The notes beneath the pieces were generated by a model that worked only from the letters and a program-made list of their open reading frames with translations, did no database searches and had not been told where the DNA came from. Positions 30,056-39,093 of a stretch of DNA of 64,000 nt are shown here, piece after piece. Position numbers and translations under genes: made by a program. Within the stretch, counting starts at the first letter, position 1, and each line of letters begins with the position of its first letter. The stretch lies in assembly GCA_036500845.1 (NCBI GenBank), contig DASYBJ010000068.1, positions 34 through 64,033 of the forward strand, in the 5' to 3' direction. This DNA is from Acidobacteriaceae bacterium (lineage in GTDB: Bacteria > Acidobacteriota > Terriglobia > Terriglobales > Acidobacteriaceae).

Positions 30056-33000
30056 GTGCTGAAGCTCAAGAAAATCCAGATCCTCGGGTTCAAGTCCTTC
30101 TGTGACAGGACCGAGGTTAACCTGCCGGGTCAGGGTCTCGCGGCGGTCGTGGGCCCCAACGGCTGCGGCAAGTCGAACATCCTGGACGCGGTCAGCTGGG
30201 TTCTGGGCGAGCAGTCGGCGAAGAGTCTCCGCGGCACGAAGATGGAAGATGTCATCTTCGCCGGAACCAGAGACCGCAAGGCTCTGGGCATGGCTGAGGT
30301 TTCCCTGTCGTTGATTGACCCCGATGCATACACCGGTCCTCTGCTCGACGGTCCCGAGGTCCAAGTCCAAGACGAGTTTGTTGAAGCGGAATGGGATGAG
30401 GAGAAGCTGCGCGCCACCCGGGCTGCAGAAACCGAAGAGATCATCGCCGAGGCTCAACCGGGGCCGGTAATCGACGGAGAGGATGGTATACCCATTCAGG
30501 ATCAAGCCGTGGAGAGCGCTGGGGAAATTGCGCCGGCTGATCCGGCCGCGGAAGCATCGGTCGTATTAAAAGTACGGCGCAGGCGCTTTCAGAGAACGCC
30601 TGCAAGGGCCGGTGAGATTGTCGTAACCCGCAGGCTCTTCCGCACGGGGGAAAGCGAGTATCTGCTGAATGGCAAGCTCTGCCGCTTGCGGGATATTCAG
30701 GACATATTTATGGGCACGGGCCTGGGTCCGGAGTCCTACGCGATCATTGAGCAAGAGCGGATCGGGCAGCTGCTGAGCTCGAAACCGCACGATCGCCGCG
30801 CGATTATCGAAGAGGCGGCTGGCATCACGCGCTTCAAGACAAAGAAGCGTCTGGCCGAACTCCGTTTGGAACAAGCGAAACAGAATCTTGCGCGCGTAAA
30901 CGACATCTTCGAAGAGGTCACGCGGCAGATGGGCTCACTGAAGCGGCAAGCGGCCAAGGCAGAGCGGTATGGCGCACTGCGCGATGAGCTGCGGTCCCGC
31001 CTGAGGCTCGTTCTGGCCAGCCGCATCGCGCAATTGGACTCCGAACAAGAAGCGCTGGCGCTCGAAATCAGCACGCTGAGCACAGAAATCGACAGCGCGA
31101 GCGAACAGGTCGCTCTTCTCGAAGAGGAGCACGCCGGAGCGGTCGCCCGCGGCTATCAGTTGGACGGAAGTGCGAAGGAAGCGGGCATTCGGGCGAACCA
31201 GGCAGCAGTCGAGCTTGAGCGGGCAGCCACGCGTCAGCACTCGAACCAAGAGCGGATCGCCGAGCTGCAAGCCCGGGTCGCAGCAGGTTCCGCCGAGTTG
31301 GAGCAATCCCGGCAGCATCTAGGTTCGTTGGCGGCGGAGCGCGAGTCGCACCGGAGTTTTCTCGAAACAGCAGCAGCGGAAGCGGCGGCTTTCAGCGAAG
31401 AGGCCCAGCTGCGCCAAACGCTCGCACGCGAAGCGGTGCACGCGGTCAGCGCAGCCGAGCAGGGATTGGAGGCTACCCGTAGACATGCCATTTCCCTACT
31501 GACGCAGGTGGGCAACGCGCGCAGTCAGGTGCAGCACGCGGAGGATTCGCTCACTGCACTTGAGCGGGATGCAGAGCGGTTAGCTGGAGAGATTCACGCC
31601 GCGAAGAGGGATTTGGAAGCGCTGGGGGTGGAGCGCGGTCAGGCTTCTCTGAACTTCGAATCAGTCACCGAGCAGTTGCAGCGGCTGGAGGGAGAAATCG
31701 GATCCCTCCGTTCGGAGATTGCCGGTAAGCGGGACGAAGAGGCGGAAGCCAAACGGCGCGGCGATCAGTTGCGAGCTGAGATGGCCGCGCTTAGCGGACG
31801 AAGGAGCTCGCTCGAGGCGCTCATCCGAGAGCACAGCTATTCCACCGAGACAGTGCGCAAGTTGCTTAAGTCCAACTCGCTCGGTGGAGGACTGGCGCCC
31901 GTAGGCACTCTGGCCGACTTCCTTGAAGTCAATGGACAATACGAAACAGTAGTGGACGCGTTTCTGAAGGATGAACTGAATTACATCGTGGTGAAGAGCT
32001 GGGACGCGGCCGACGAGGGCATGCGTCTCTTGAAAAGCGATGTCGATGGGCGCGCGACCTTCCTGGTGCATCCCCACGACTCACAGGCGAAATTCTCCTT
32101 CGCCGGAGACGATTCGCCGGAATCCCATCGGCGCGGAGAGGGTGTCGTGCGGTTGAAGGACTGCATCCGGGTGCTCGATGGTTTCGGCCGCTCCCTGGAA
32201 GTGATCCTCCCTAAGCTGCGCGATGGCTTTGTTACGCCGGATGCGGAGATCGCTAAGTCTCTCGCGCTCGAGAACCCCAACGCGTTCTTTCTCGCCCCCT
32301 CGGGCGAGTGTTTTCATAATGTAACCGTAACTGGAGGAAAACCGAGTGTCGAGGGGCCACTGGCTCTCAAGCGCGAACTGCGCGAGACGGAAAGAAAGTT
32401 GGCGCAGGTGGAGGCGGAGGTCGCTCAAGCAGAGATGACGGTCGCTTCCCTCACCCACCTCTTGGGCGAGATGAGCAGGCGTTTAGACCTCACCAGCGAA
32501 GAACGTCGCATCGCGGAGCGCGAATCCGCGAATCAGAGCGCCGCGCTGCGACAGATGGAAGCGGAAGCGGCTCGTGTGGAACGCCGGCTGGAAGACTGGA
32601 TCGTGCAGAACGAGCGAAATCGTGATCTGCGCGTCGCTCGCAGCCAGGGCATTGAAGAGAAGCGGCAGGAGGCACGCCGGCTCGAAGCAGAGCACGAGGT
32701 GCTTGAGCAGAAACTCAATGAGGCCCAGCAAAACATGGAAGGGCTGCGCGATCAACGTGAACAGGCGCAGCAGGAGGCGGCTGCCGTTTCGGCCCAGCTC
32801 GCAGGTCTCGAGGAGCGTAGGCGCGGGGCAGAGGCGGCTTTTACCCGCATCGATCGCATGCACGCCGACCTCGAACGGCGGGTCAGCCAACTCGATCAGC
32901 AGTTGGCTGCCGCACATGGCGAACAGCAACACCGGAGCCAGGAGAACGAGCAACTGGCCGTCGAACGCGAACGTCTGGTCGAAGTCCGCAGCACCGCGAC

Positions 33001-33940
33001 CGAAGAAGCAGCACGCTGGACCGAAGAAGCCAGGCTGCTCCGCGAGCAGATCAAAGAGAGCGAGCAGCACTTGAAGACTCTGCGCGCGCAAACCGATGCT
33101 CTGCGCGAGCGGCGCAGCGAGCGGAGCGCGCAAGCGGCCAAACTGGCTGCGGACCTCGAGTACACCGAAGCCGCGTGTGTCAACGAGTTGGGTGTTGAGG
33201 CGGTTGAACTGCGGGCGCAGGATCTGCCGCGCCTCGAAGAAGAAGCGTTGGCGGCGGAGGACGAAGCTTGTCGTGGGCTCAAGCAGAAATTGGAGGCGAT
33301 GGGCCCAGTCAATATGATGGCGCTCGACGAGTACAAGGAGACGGCGGAGCGGCATGCTTTCTTGGAGACGCAACGCCAGGACCTCTTGGATTCGATCGAG
33401 AATACTCACGCCAGCATTAAGGAGATCGATCAGATCACCCGCACAAAATTCGACGAGGCCTTCGCCAAAATCAACGAGAATTTCAGCGTGACCTTCACTA
33501 GCCTCTTCAACGGCGGCCAGGCCTTTATGCGGTTGACCGATGAGGCCAATACCGCGGAGAGCGGTATCGATATCGTGGCCTCGCCTCCAGGTAAGAAGCT
33601 GCAGAATGTGCTCCTGCTCTCGGGCGGCGAAAAAGCGCTGACGGCCCTCTCGTTGTTGGTCGGCATCTTCCAATATCAACCCAGCCCATTCTGTGTGTTG
33701 GACGAAGTCGATGCGCCGCTGGATGAGACCAACGTCGGTCGATTGGCAGAGATGCTCAAGGGCATGAGCGCAGAAACGCAGTTCGTACTCGTCACGCACT
33801 CGAAGAGGATGATGACTTCGGCCGACCTTATCTACGGAGTCACAATGCAGGAGCCGGGTGTTTCAAAAGTTGTCTCCGTGCGATTAGGCGGACATGACTC
33901 CACCCACCGCTCAAGCGAGCGTCAGTTGATTTCCGCATAG
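30056..33940 (+). CDS. smc: chromosome segregation protein SMC
   Basis: GTG start. Walker A GPNGCGKSN, long coiled coils, hinge, signature LSGGEKALTALSLL, Walker B CVLDEVDAPLD. Confidence 0.95.
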   Translation: MLKLKKIQILGFKSFCDRTEVNLPGQGLAAVVGPNGCGKSNILDAVSWVLGEQSAKSLRGTKMEDVIFAGTRDRKALGMAEVSLSLIDPDAYTGPLLDGPEVQVQDEFVEAEWDEEKLRATRAAETEEIIAEAQPGPVIDGEDGIPIQDQAVESAGEIAPADPAAEASVVLKVRRRRFQRTPARAGEIVVTRRLFRTGESEYLLNGKLCRLRDIQDIFMGTGLGPESYAIIEQERIGQLLSSKPHDRRAIIEEAAGITRFKTKKRLAELRLEQAKQNLARVNDIFEEVTRQMGSLKRQAAKAERYGALRDELRSRLRLVLASRIAQLDSEQEALALEISTLSTEIDSASEQVALLEEEHAGAVARGYQLDGSAKEAGIRANQAAVELERAATRQHSNQERIAELQARVAAGSAELEQSRQHLGSLAAERESHRSFLETAAAEAAAFSEEAQLRQTLAREAVHAVSAAEQGLEATRRHAISLLTQVGNARSQVQHAEDSLTALERDAERLAGEIHAAKRDLEALGVERGQASLNFESVTEQLQRLEGEIGSLRSEIAGKRDEEAEAKRRGDQLRAEMAALSGRRSSLEALIREHSYSTETVRKLLKSNSLGGGLAPVGTLADFLEVNGQYETVVDAFLKDELNYIVVKSWDAADEGMRLLKSDVDGRATFLVHPHDSQAKFSFAGDDSPESHRRGEGVVRLKDCIRVLDGFGRSLEVILPKLRDGFVTPDAEIAKSLALENPNAFFLAPSGECFHNVTVTGGKPSVEGPLALKRELRETERKLAQVEAEVAQAEMTVASLTHLLGEMSRRLDLTSEERRIAERESANQSAALRQMEAEAARVERRLEDWIVQNERNRDLRVARSQGIEEKRQEARRLEAEHEVLEQKLNEAQQNMEGLRDQREQAQQEAAAVSAQLAGLEERRRGAEAAFTRIDRMHADLERRVSQLDQQLAAAHGEQQHRSQENEQLAVERERLVEVRSTATEEAARWTEEARLLREQIKESEQHLKTLRAQTDALRERRSERSAQAAKLAADLEYTEAACVNELGVEAVELRAQDLPRLEEEALAAEDEACRGLKQKLEAMGPVNMMALDEYKETAERHAFLETQRQDLLDSIENTHASIKEIDQITRTKFDEAFAKINENFSVTFTSLFNGGQAFMRLTDEANTAESGIDIVASPPGKKLQNVLLLSGGEKALTALSLLVGIFQYQPSPFCVLDEVDAPLDETNVGRLAEMLKGMSAETQFVLVTHSKRMMTSADLIYGVTMQEPGVSKVVSVRLGGHDSTHRSSERQLISA

Positions 33941-33953
33941 ATTTTTTGCCGCC

Positions 33954-33979
33954 ATTGATCTACGCTATTGATCTACGCT
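33954..33979. repeat. perfect 13-nt tandem duplication ATTGATCTACGCT x2
   Basis: Units at 33954-33966 and 33967-33979, between the smc stop and its terminator. Confidence 0.9.
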
Positions 33980-33980
33980 A

Positions 33981-34010
33981 GCCCAGCACAAGGTGCTGGG
34001 CCTTTTCTTT
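33981..34010 (+). terminator. intrinsic terminator of smc
   Basis: GCCCAGCAC-aag-GTGCTGGGC (9-bp GC-rich stem) followed by CTTTTCTTT, 41 nt after the smc stop. Confidence 0.75.
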
Positions 34011-34269
34011 ACACATCGTAACCGCGAGCATTTCTCACGAGGGCTCGTTCATCTGGCAACGCATGGAGCTTCGTGCAAGAGTCTGGGAGATCTCTGCGGT
34101 CTGACTCGTGTTGAGAGATGACAACAGACTGCGTCCGTCACTCCGAAAAATTATCGATGAAATGAAAGACGGGCAGAACTCTGTGCCCGGGCGCGGAATC
34201 ATAAAGCACGCATAGGACGTGGCTTGTAGAGCGCGTCTTTTCTTGCCTCTTTGTGTGGCTTCGCGGGCG

Positions 34270-34298
34270 TTGACAAAGCGGGCGCGCCCCGGGACAAT
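34270..34298 (+). promoter_or_regulatory. candidate sigma-70-type promoter for purC
   Basis: TTGACA, a 17-nt spacer, then GACAAT. The -35 matches consensus. The -10 is weak. Confidence 0.3.
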
Positions 34299-34333
34299 CG
34301 GAATTGTCATTTCCCGCCCGGAAGGCTCGCCGC

Positions 34334-35251
34334 TTGCCAACTGTGATTGAAACCGCGTTCGAAGATCTGCAACTCTATGCGCGCGGCAAAGTACGCGATC
34401 TATACTCCGTCGGGGAATCTCTGCTGCTTGTAGCAACGGATCGTATTTCAGCCTTCGACCACGTTCTAGGCTCCGGCATTCCTGGCAAAGGTCAGGTGTT
34501 GACGCAGCTTTCTCTTTTCTGGTTCGATCTTTTTGGTGGCGTTGTCGCCAACCATCTCATCACGGCAGACGTTGCGCAATATCCGGCGGAGCTCAAGCTG
34601 TATGAAGATGAGTTGCGTGGAAGATCGATGTTGGTGGCACGCGCGCAAATGTTTCCTGTGGAATGCGTGGTCCGGGGCTATCTCTCCGGATCAGGCTGGA
34701 AGGATTATCTTGCTACGCGGAAGGTTTGCGGCATTCCGCTGCCGCCAGGCTTAAGAGAATCCGAGCAATTGCCCGAACCGATCTTCACGCCGGCCAGCAA
34801 GAGCGCGACTGGCGAACACGATGAAAATATTTCATTCGAGCAGATGGTTGCACGCGTAGGCCGGGAAACCGCGGAGGAATTGCGCGGATTGAGCCTGCTG
34901 ATTTATGGCAAGGCGGCCGAACACGCGCGGACGCGGGGCCTTATTCTGGCGGATACCAAGTTTGAGTTTGGAAAGACGGCCAAAGGCATTGTGCTTGCTG
35001 ACGAAGTGCTAACGCCCGACTCCTCGCGTTTTTGGCCTTCCGATGGCTATGAGCCCGGACATGCGCAGCCCTCTTTCGACAAGCAATTTGTTCGAGACTA
35101 TCTGGAAAGCATTCACTGGAATAAGAAGGCTCCGGCCCCAGCGCTTCCCGGCGATGTCGTGCGGCGGACCCAGGAAAAATATCTGGAAGCCTTCCGATTA
35201 TTGACCGGGCATGAGCTCGGGACCGGGGGATACCCTTTCGAGAAAGCCTAA
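34334..35251 (+). CDS. purC: phosphoribosylaminoimidazole-succinocarboxamide synthase
   Basis: GKVRDLY, LLLVATDRISAFD and LADTKFEFG. TTG at 34334 (9 nt after GGAAGG) is preferred over the ORF-opening TTG at 34304, which would sit on the predicted transcription start. Confidence 0.88.
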   Translation: MPTVIETAFEDLQLYARGKVRDLYSVGESLLLVATDRISAFDHVLGSGIPGKGQVLTQLSLFWFDLFGGVVANHLITADVAQYPAELKLYEDELRGRSMLVARAQMFPVECVVRGYLSGSGWKDYLATRKVCGIPLPPGLRESEQLPEPIFTPASKSATGEHDENISFEQMVARVGRETAEELRGLSLLIYGKAAEHARTRGLILADTKFEFGKTAKGIVLADEVLTPDSSRFWPSDGYEPGHAQPSFDKQFVRDYLESIHWNKKAPAPALPGDVVRRTQEKYLEAFRLLTGHELGTGGYPFEKA

Positions 35252-35254
35252 GGA

Positions 35255-35773
35255 ATGACCTGGCTCGATCTATCGATCGTCGGGGTGCTGGTCATTTCTG
35301 TAATCTCGGCTTTCTTCAAAGGCCTTATGGTGGAACTGTTTTCACTGGCAGGTGTTGTATTAGGGTTGTGGATCGCTGCGGCGGATTATGAGCGCCTCGC
35401 ATTTTGGCTCATAAGCTGGGCGAAGAACCCGCAAGTGGCGAATTTAGTCGCATTTCTGCTGATCGCGTTGGGCGTGATGCTTCTGGCTGGATTGGTGGGG
35501 CGCCTGTTGCGCGGGACCGTGCGCTGGGTAGGGTTGGGATTCGTCGATCGGTTTCTGGGCGCGCTCTTTGGATTCGTGAAGGGCTGCGCGGTGATTACGT
35601 TGGGAGTGATGGCCGTTGCGGCGTTTCTTCCGCATTCGGATTTGTTGAGGAATTCGAGATTGGCGCAGGTGTTTTTGACAGGAGCCCACAGCGGCTCACA
35701 CATGACGCCTTTCGAGTTCGGCGAAAAAATCCGCGAGGGCGTCAAGCTCTTGCGAATCCCGATCAACGGCTAA
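35255..35773 (+). CDS. cvpA: CvpA family membrane protein
   Basis: 172 aa hydrophobic protein whose N-terminus MTWLDLSIVGVLVISVISAFFKGL is typical of the colicin V production family. It lies 3 nt after purC. Confidence 0.8.
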   Translation: MTWLDLSIVGVLVISVISAFFKGLMVELFSLAGVVLGLWIAAADYERLAFWLISWAKNPQVANLVAFLLIALGVMLLAGLVGRLLRGTVRWVGLGFVDRFLGALFGFVKGCAVITLGVMAVAAFLPHSDLLRNSRLAQVFLTGAHSGSHMTPFEFGEKIREGVKLLRIPING

Positions 35774-35807
35774 CTCAGATTGCAGGACCCGGCATCGGCG
35801 GTGAAAG

Positions 35808-36113
35808 ATGAACGACAAGAGAGAGGTCTCTGTGAAACGTGAACTGGATAACCTTGTGACGCAGATGCATGCCGGCGGGATTACCTACTATGAAGCAGTA
35901 CGTGAGTTCAAGAAGCGCTTCATCCTGGAAGTGATGACACGTCATCGGGGAAACCAGTGCAAGGCGGCAAAGGAATTGGGGATGCACCGCAACACCCTCA
36001 GCCGTACCATCGCTGAGCTCGACCTCGATCCGGCACAAATTCGCAACGGGCTCAAGCGTCCGGCACGCGGCGAGCGTCCAGTATTCGATGCCAAGCAGGC
36101 TGTGCGAACGTAG
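35808..36113 (+). CDS. Fis-type helix-turn-helix DNA-binding protein
   Basis: C-terminal HRGNQCKAAKELGMHRNTLSRTI matches the Fis/NtrC HTH pattern. Confidence 0.75.
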   Translation: MNDKREVSVKRELDNLVTQMHAGGITYYEAVREFKKRFILEVMTRHRGNQCKAAKELGMHRNTLSRTIAELDLDPAQIRNGLKRPARGERPVFDAKQAVRT

Positions 36114-36115
36114 TC

Positions 36116-36868
36116 GTGCCCGGCTCCCGGAACAATCAGGGAACTTCTGGCGGCGAAACAAGTCAGGTCACGATCCAGCCGGGCTTTGCCTGGGACGATT
36201 GCGATGCCTATCTGTTCGACATCGATGGCACGCTGCTGCACGCCAAAGGCGGCGTCCATATCGATGCCTTCTCCTCGAGTGTCCTCGAGGTCCTGGGTCA
36301 ACCACTGGAGCTCGAAGGAGTCCGCGTCCATGGGAATACTGACACGGGAATTCTGCGCGACGCTTTTCGTGGTGCCGCCATTGCCAACGAGGTCTGGGAA
36401 CCCAGGCTGGAGGAGATTCTGGAGCGCATGCGGGAAACGGTGATGCGCCGGCGGGAACACATGCCCGTTGCGATCTATCCCGGCGTCGTGGAGACCCTGG
36501 CCTATCTCAAGGGCAAAGGCAAACTGCTCGGCGTTGCCACTGGCAACCTGGAACAGATTGGATGGCTCAAGATCGAGATTGGCGGACTACGTGATTGGTT
36601 TAGTTTTGGTGGATTTAGCGATCGCTTCGTTGCTCGCGCCGAGATGATCGGTTATGCGGCAGCACAGGCGCGCTTGGTGGCCGGTGAAAGTGCAACGGTA
36701 TGTGTGGTCGGAGATACTCCCTCGGATATTGAAGCTGCTCGCGCAAACTCACTGCCCACGATTGCTGTGGCTACGGGAATTTTCTCCTGCAAGCAATTGC
36801 TTGAGCACTCCCCTGAGGTATGCGCCAGTTCGCTTGAGGCGCTGCTCGCCTATTCGGGAGATTCATAA
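36116..36868 (+). CDS. HAD family hydrolase
   Basis: Motif I YLFDIDGTLL and late motif VVGDTPSDIEAA. GTG start 2 nt after the upstream stop. Confidence 0.8.
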   Translation: MPGSRNNQGTSGGETSQVTIQPGFAWDDCDAYLFDIDGTLLHAKGGVHIDAFSSSVLEVLGQPLELEGVRVHGNTDTGILRDAFRGAAIANEVWEPRLEEILERMRETVMRRREHMPVAIYPGVVETLAYLKGKGKLLGVATGNLEQIGWLKIEIGGLRDWFSFGGFSDRFVARAEMIGYAAAQARLVAGESATVCVVGDTPSDIEAARANSLPTIAVATGIFSCKQLLEHSPEVCASSLEALLAYSGDS

Positions 36869-36878
36869 CGATGGCCAC

Positions 36879-38951
36879 ATGAAAAAATGCCTTCCCAACG
36901 CACACGTGTTCATGTCGGTTTTCCATCTGCTTCCACGCCGGCCCGTGTCCCGTAACACTTTCAGCGATCCGCGAGTTCCGCGTTCCCTTCCGCTGCAAGT
37001 CGAACATTTGCTGTCTCCCATCCGGTTCTCGTTTTGGGGCATCCCAGCCTCACTGTTAGTCTGCGCTGGCGCGCTCTTACTCTCTCCCCTCAAAGCGCTG
37101 TCCCAAACGGTTCAGCCGGCCGCTGCCGGAGCTACCCCGACCAACAGCCGAGTCCGACCTCAAGACCCGGGTACGCCCGCGCGGCAGCCCTCCGAGCGGC
37201 AAAAGCGCAAGGCAGAGCATTTTTATCTTGAAGGCGTGCGCGCCATGGATAAGGGCGACGTCGAGGCAGCGGAGAAGGATTTTACACGCGCCGCACAATC
37301 CGACCCTACAAACCAGGAGTATCCCGTGGACCGCGAGATCGCGCGCCAACATGGAATCACAGCGCTCATTCAAAGTGCCGACAAGGAACGGATCCTGGGA
37401 CATCCTGACATTGCGCGGCAAAAGCTGGCGCAGGCGATGGCCCTCGATCCGAAAAACCCCGAGGTCGCCCAGCACCTGGACGACTTGGCCGATCTTGCCA
37501 TAACGGCTCCTCCCGAAAACGATGCAACTGCGTCGATTGCGCCTCCCATCGAGCTTGCGCCATCGCCCGACAAAAAGAGCTTTCATTTCAGGAGCACGGA
37601 ACCGGATGTGCTCAGGCGCGTTTACACGGCCTATGGTATCTCCCCGACTCTCGATACTTCCGTAGGTGGCAATATCGTTCCTTTTGACGCCGATGATGTA
37701 GACTTCGCTCACGCCGCGGACCTGGTGGGCTTGGCGACGAATTCGTTCTTTGTCGCTCTCGATCCTAAACGTGTGCTCGTTGCGCGCAACACAAAGGACA
37801 ATCGGACCCGTTTCGAGCGGGTCTCGGTTGAGACATTGAGTCTGCCGGGGCTCACGCAAACCCAGATGAGTGATATGGGCAACATCGCGCGCAACTTGTT
37901 CGGCGTCCAGCAGGCTACAGTGCAAGGTACCAGCGGAACCATGACGGTGCGCGCGCCGACAGCCGTGCTCACCGCAATCAATCGCACGTTCGCCGATCTA
38001 CTAGATGCTCGAAGCGAAGTATTGCTTGAAGTAAAGCTCTACCAGGTGGCCCAGATGCGAACGAGAAATATCGGCGTCCAGCTGCCGCAAAGCGTGACGG
38101 TCTTCAACCTTTCCAGCGAAGTGAACAACATCATCAGCCAGAACCAAAGCTTGGTTCAGCAGATCATCTCAAGTGGGCTCGCCAATGCGGGCGACTTCGC
38201 CGCAATTGCCGCAATCCTGATCGGCTCCGGACAAGTGAGCAGTGCCATTCTGTCTCAGCCCTTTGCCATCTTCGGTGGGGGCTTGACCACGGAGGGGTTC
38301 TCTTTTGGGCCTACCACGTTCAATCTGTCGCTTAATTCTTCCGATACCCGGGCGCTCGATCAAGTGCAGCTGCGGCTCGAAGACAAAGAAGAAGGGACCA
38401 TACGCAGCGGCACCCGCTATCCCATCGAGACCTCGAGCTACTCGTCCATCGCAGGCACAAGCGCAAATATCCCCGGCTTGACTAATGCCGGAATTTCCAG
38501 CACGTTGTCGGGGCTAGGCGTCAACCTCGGCGGTTTGAATTCGTCGCAGCCCATCCCCCAAGTCCAATACCAGGACATTGGGCTGACGCTCAAGGTTACT
38601 CCGACAATCGAACGGACTAATCAGGTAGCGCTGAACCTGACATTCACGCTCACCGCGCTGCAGGGATCCAGTCTGAACGGCCTCCCCGTGCTCACGAACG
38701 AGAACTATCAGGCAAGTGTTGTCGTTGCGTCCGGATCAAGCGCGATGCTGATGAGCGATATGACCCGGCAACAGTCGAATGCGGTGGCCGGAGTGCCCGG
38801 ATTAAGCGACTTGCCGGGATTCCAATCGACGACCAACAGCAATGCTCAGTTGAACGTGAGCAGTCTCGTGGTAGTGATTACGCCGCATCTTCTTCGCCGT
38901 CGCGCGAACCAGCAAGTTGGACCCTATATTCCCTTACCCCGCCACGGATAA
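36879..38951 (+). CDS. secretin-family outer-membrane protein with N-terminal TPR-like region
   Basis: C-terminal secretin signature GVPGLSDLPGF...SSLVVVITPHLL. The start is uncertain: ATG at 36879, or in-frame TTG at 37008, which would give a clean signal peptide. Confidence 0.8.
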   Translation: MKKCLPNAHVFMSVFHLLPRRPVSRNTFSDPRVPRSLPLQVEHLLSPIRFSFWGIPASLLVCAGALLLSPLKALSQTVQPAAAGATPTNSRVRPQDPGTPARQPSERQKRKAEHFYLEGVRAMDKGDVEAAEKDFTRAAQSDPTNQEYPVDREIARQHGITALIQSADKERILGHPDIARQKLAQAMALDPKNPEVAQHLDDLADLAITAPPENDATASIAPPIELAPSPDKKSFHFRSTEPDVLRRVYTAYGISPTLDTSVGGNIVPFDADDVDFAHAADLVGLATNSFFVALDPKRVLVARNTKDNRTRFERVSVETLSLPGLTQTQMSDMGNIARNLFGVQQATVQGTSGTMTVRAPTAVLTAINRTFADLLDARSEVLLEVKLYQVAQMRTRNIGVQLPQSVTVFNLSSEVNNIISQNQSLVQQIISSGLANAGDFAAIAAILIGSGQVSSAILSQPFAIFGGGLTTEGFSFGPTTFNLSLNSSDTRALDQVQLRLEDKEEGTIRSGTRYPIETSSYSSIAGTSANIPGLTNAGISSTLSGLGVNLGGLNSSQPIPQVQYQDIGLTLKVTPTIERTNQVALNLTFTLTALQGSSLNGLPVLTNENYQASVVVASGSSAMLMSDMTRQQSNAVAGVPGLSDLPGFQSTTNSNAQLNVSSLVVVITPHLLRRRANQQVGPYIPLPRHG

Positions 38952-39093
38952 AGTGGAGATCAGCTCACAGTTGCCAGATGTCAATCCTCAGTCGACATCT
39001 CTCCAGGATGAGAACTCGGTCTGTCAAACCTTCGTTGCTTGGTTGATGCTATAGGAGTAATCTGGCGCGGCAGGATGTTGATGGAGGGCGCCG

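Noticed and set aside
32483-33799. 438-aa ORF antisense to smc, together with the other antisense ORFs at 30023-31515 and 32896-33336.
   Set aside because: It lies entirely inside a gene with unambiguous SMC motifs. The product is Arg/Leu/Ala/Gln-rich and low in complexity, as expected from reading a GC-rich coiled-coil gene backwards.
34011-34303. A possible purine or ZTP riboswitch in the leader region before purC.
   Set aside because: No CCGCCTGGGC-type ZTP pseudoknot box or purine-riboswitch junction sequences are visible. The best promoter candidate lies only a few nucleotides from the coding region, leaving no room for a riboswitch. An Infernal scan would settle the question.
36654-36878. 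The 5' extension of the secretin ORF overlapping the HAD hydrolase gene.
   Set aside because: This is an overlap in a different frame with a well-supported gene. The extension is Arg/Trp/Pro-rich, and an in-frame ATG at 36879 follows the HAD stop.
37077-37925. 282-aa ORF antisense to the secretin gene.
   Set aside because: It lies inside a gene with a clear C-terminal secretin domain, and its composition is an Arg-rich artefact.
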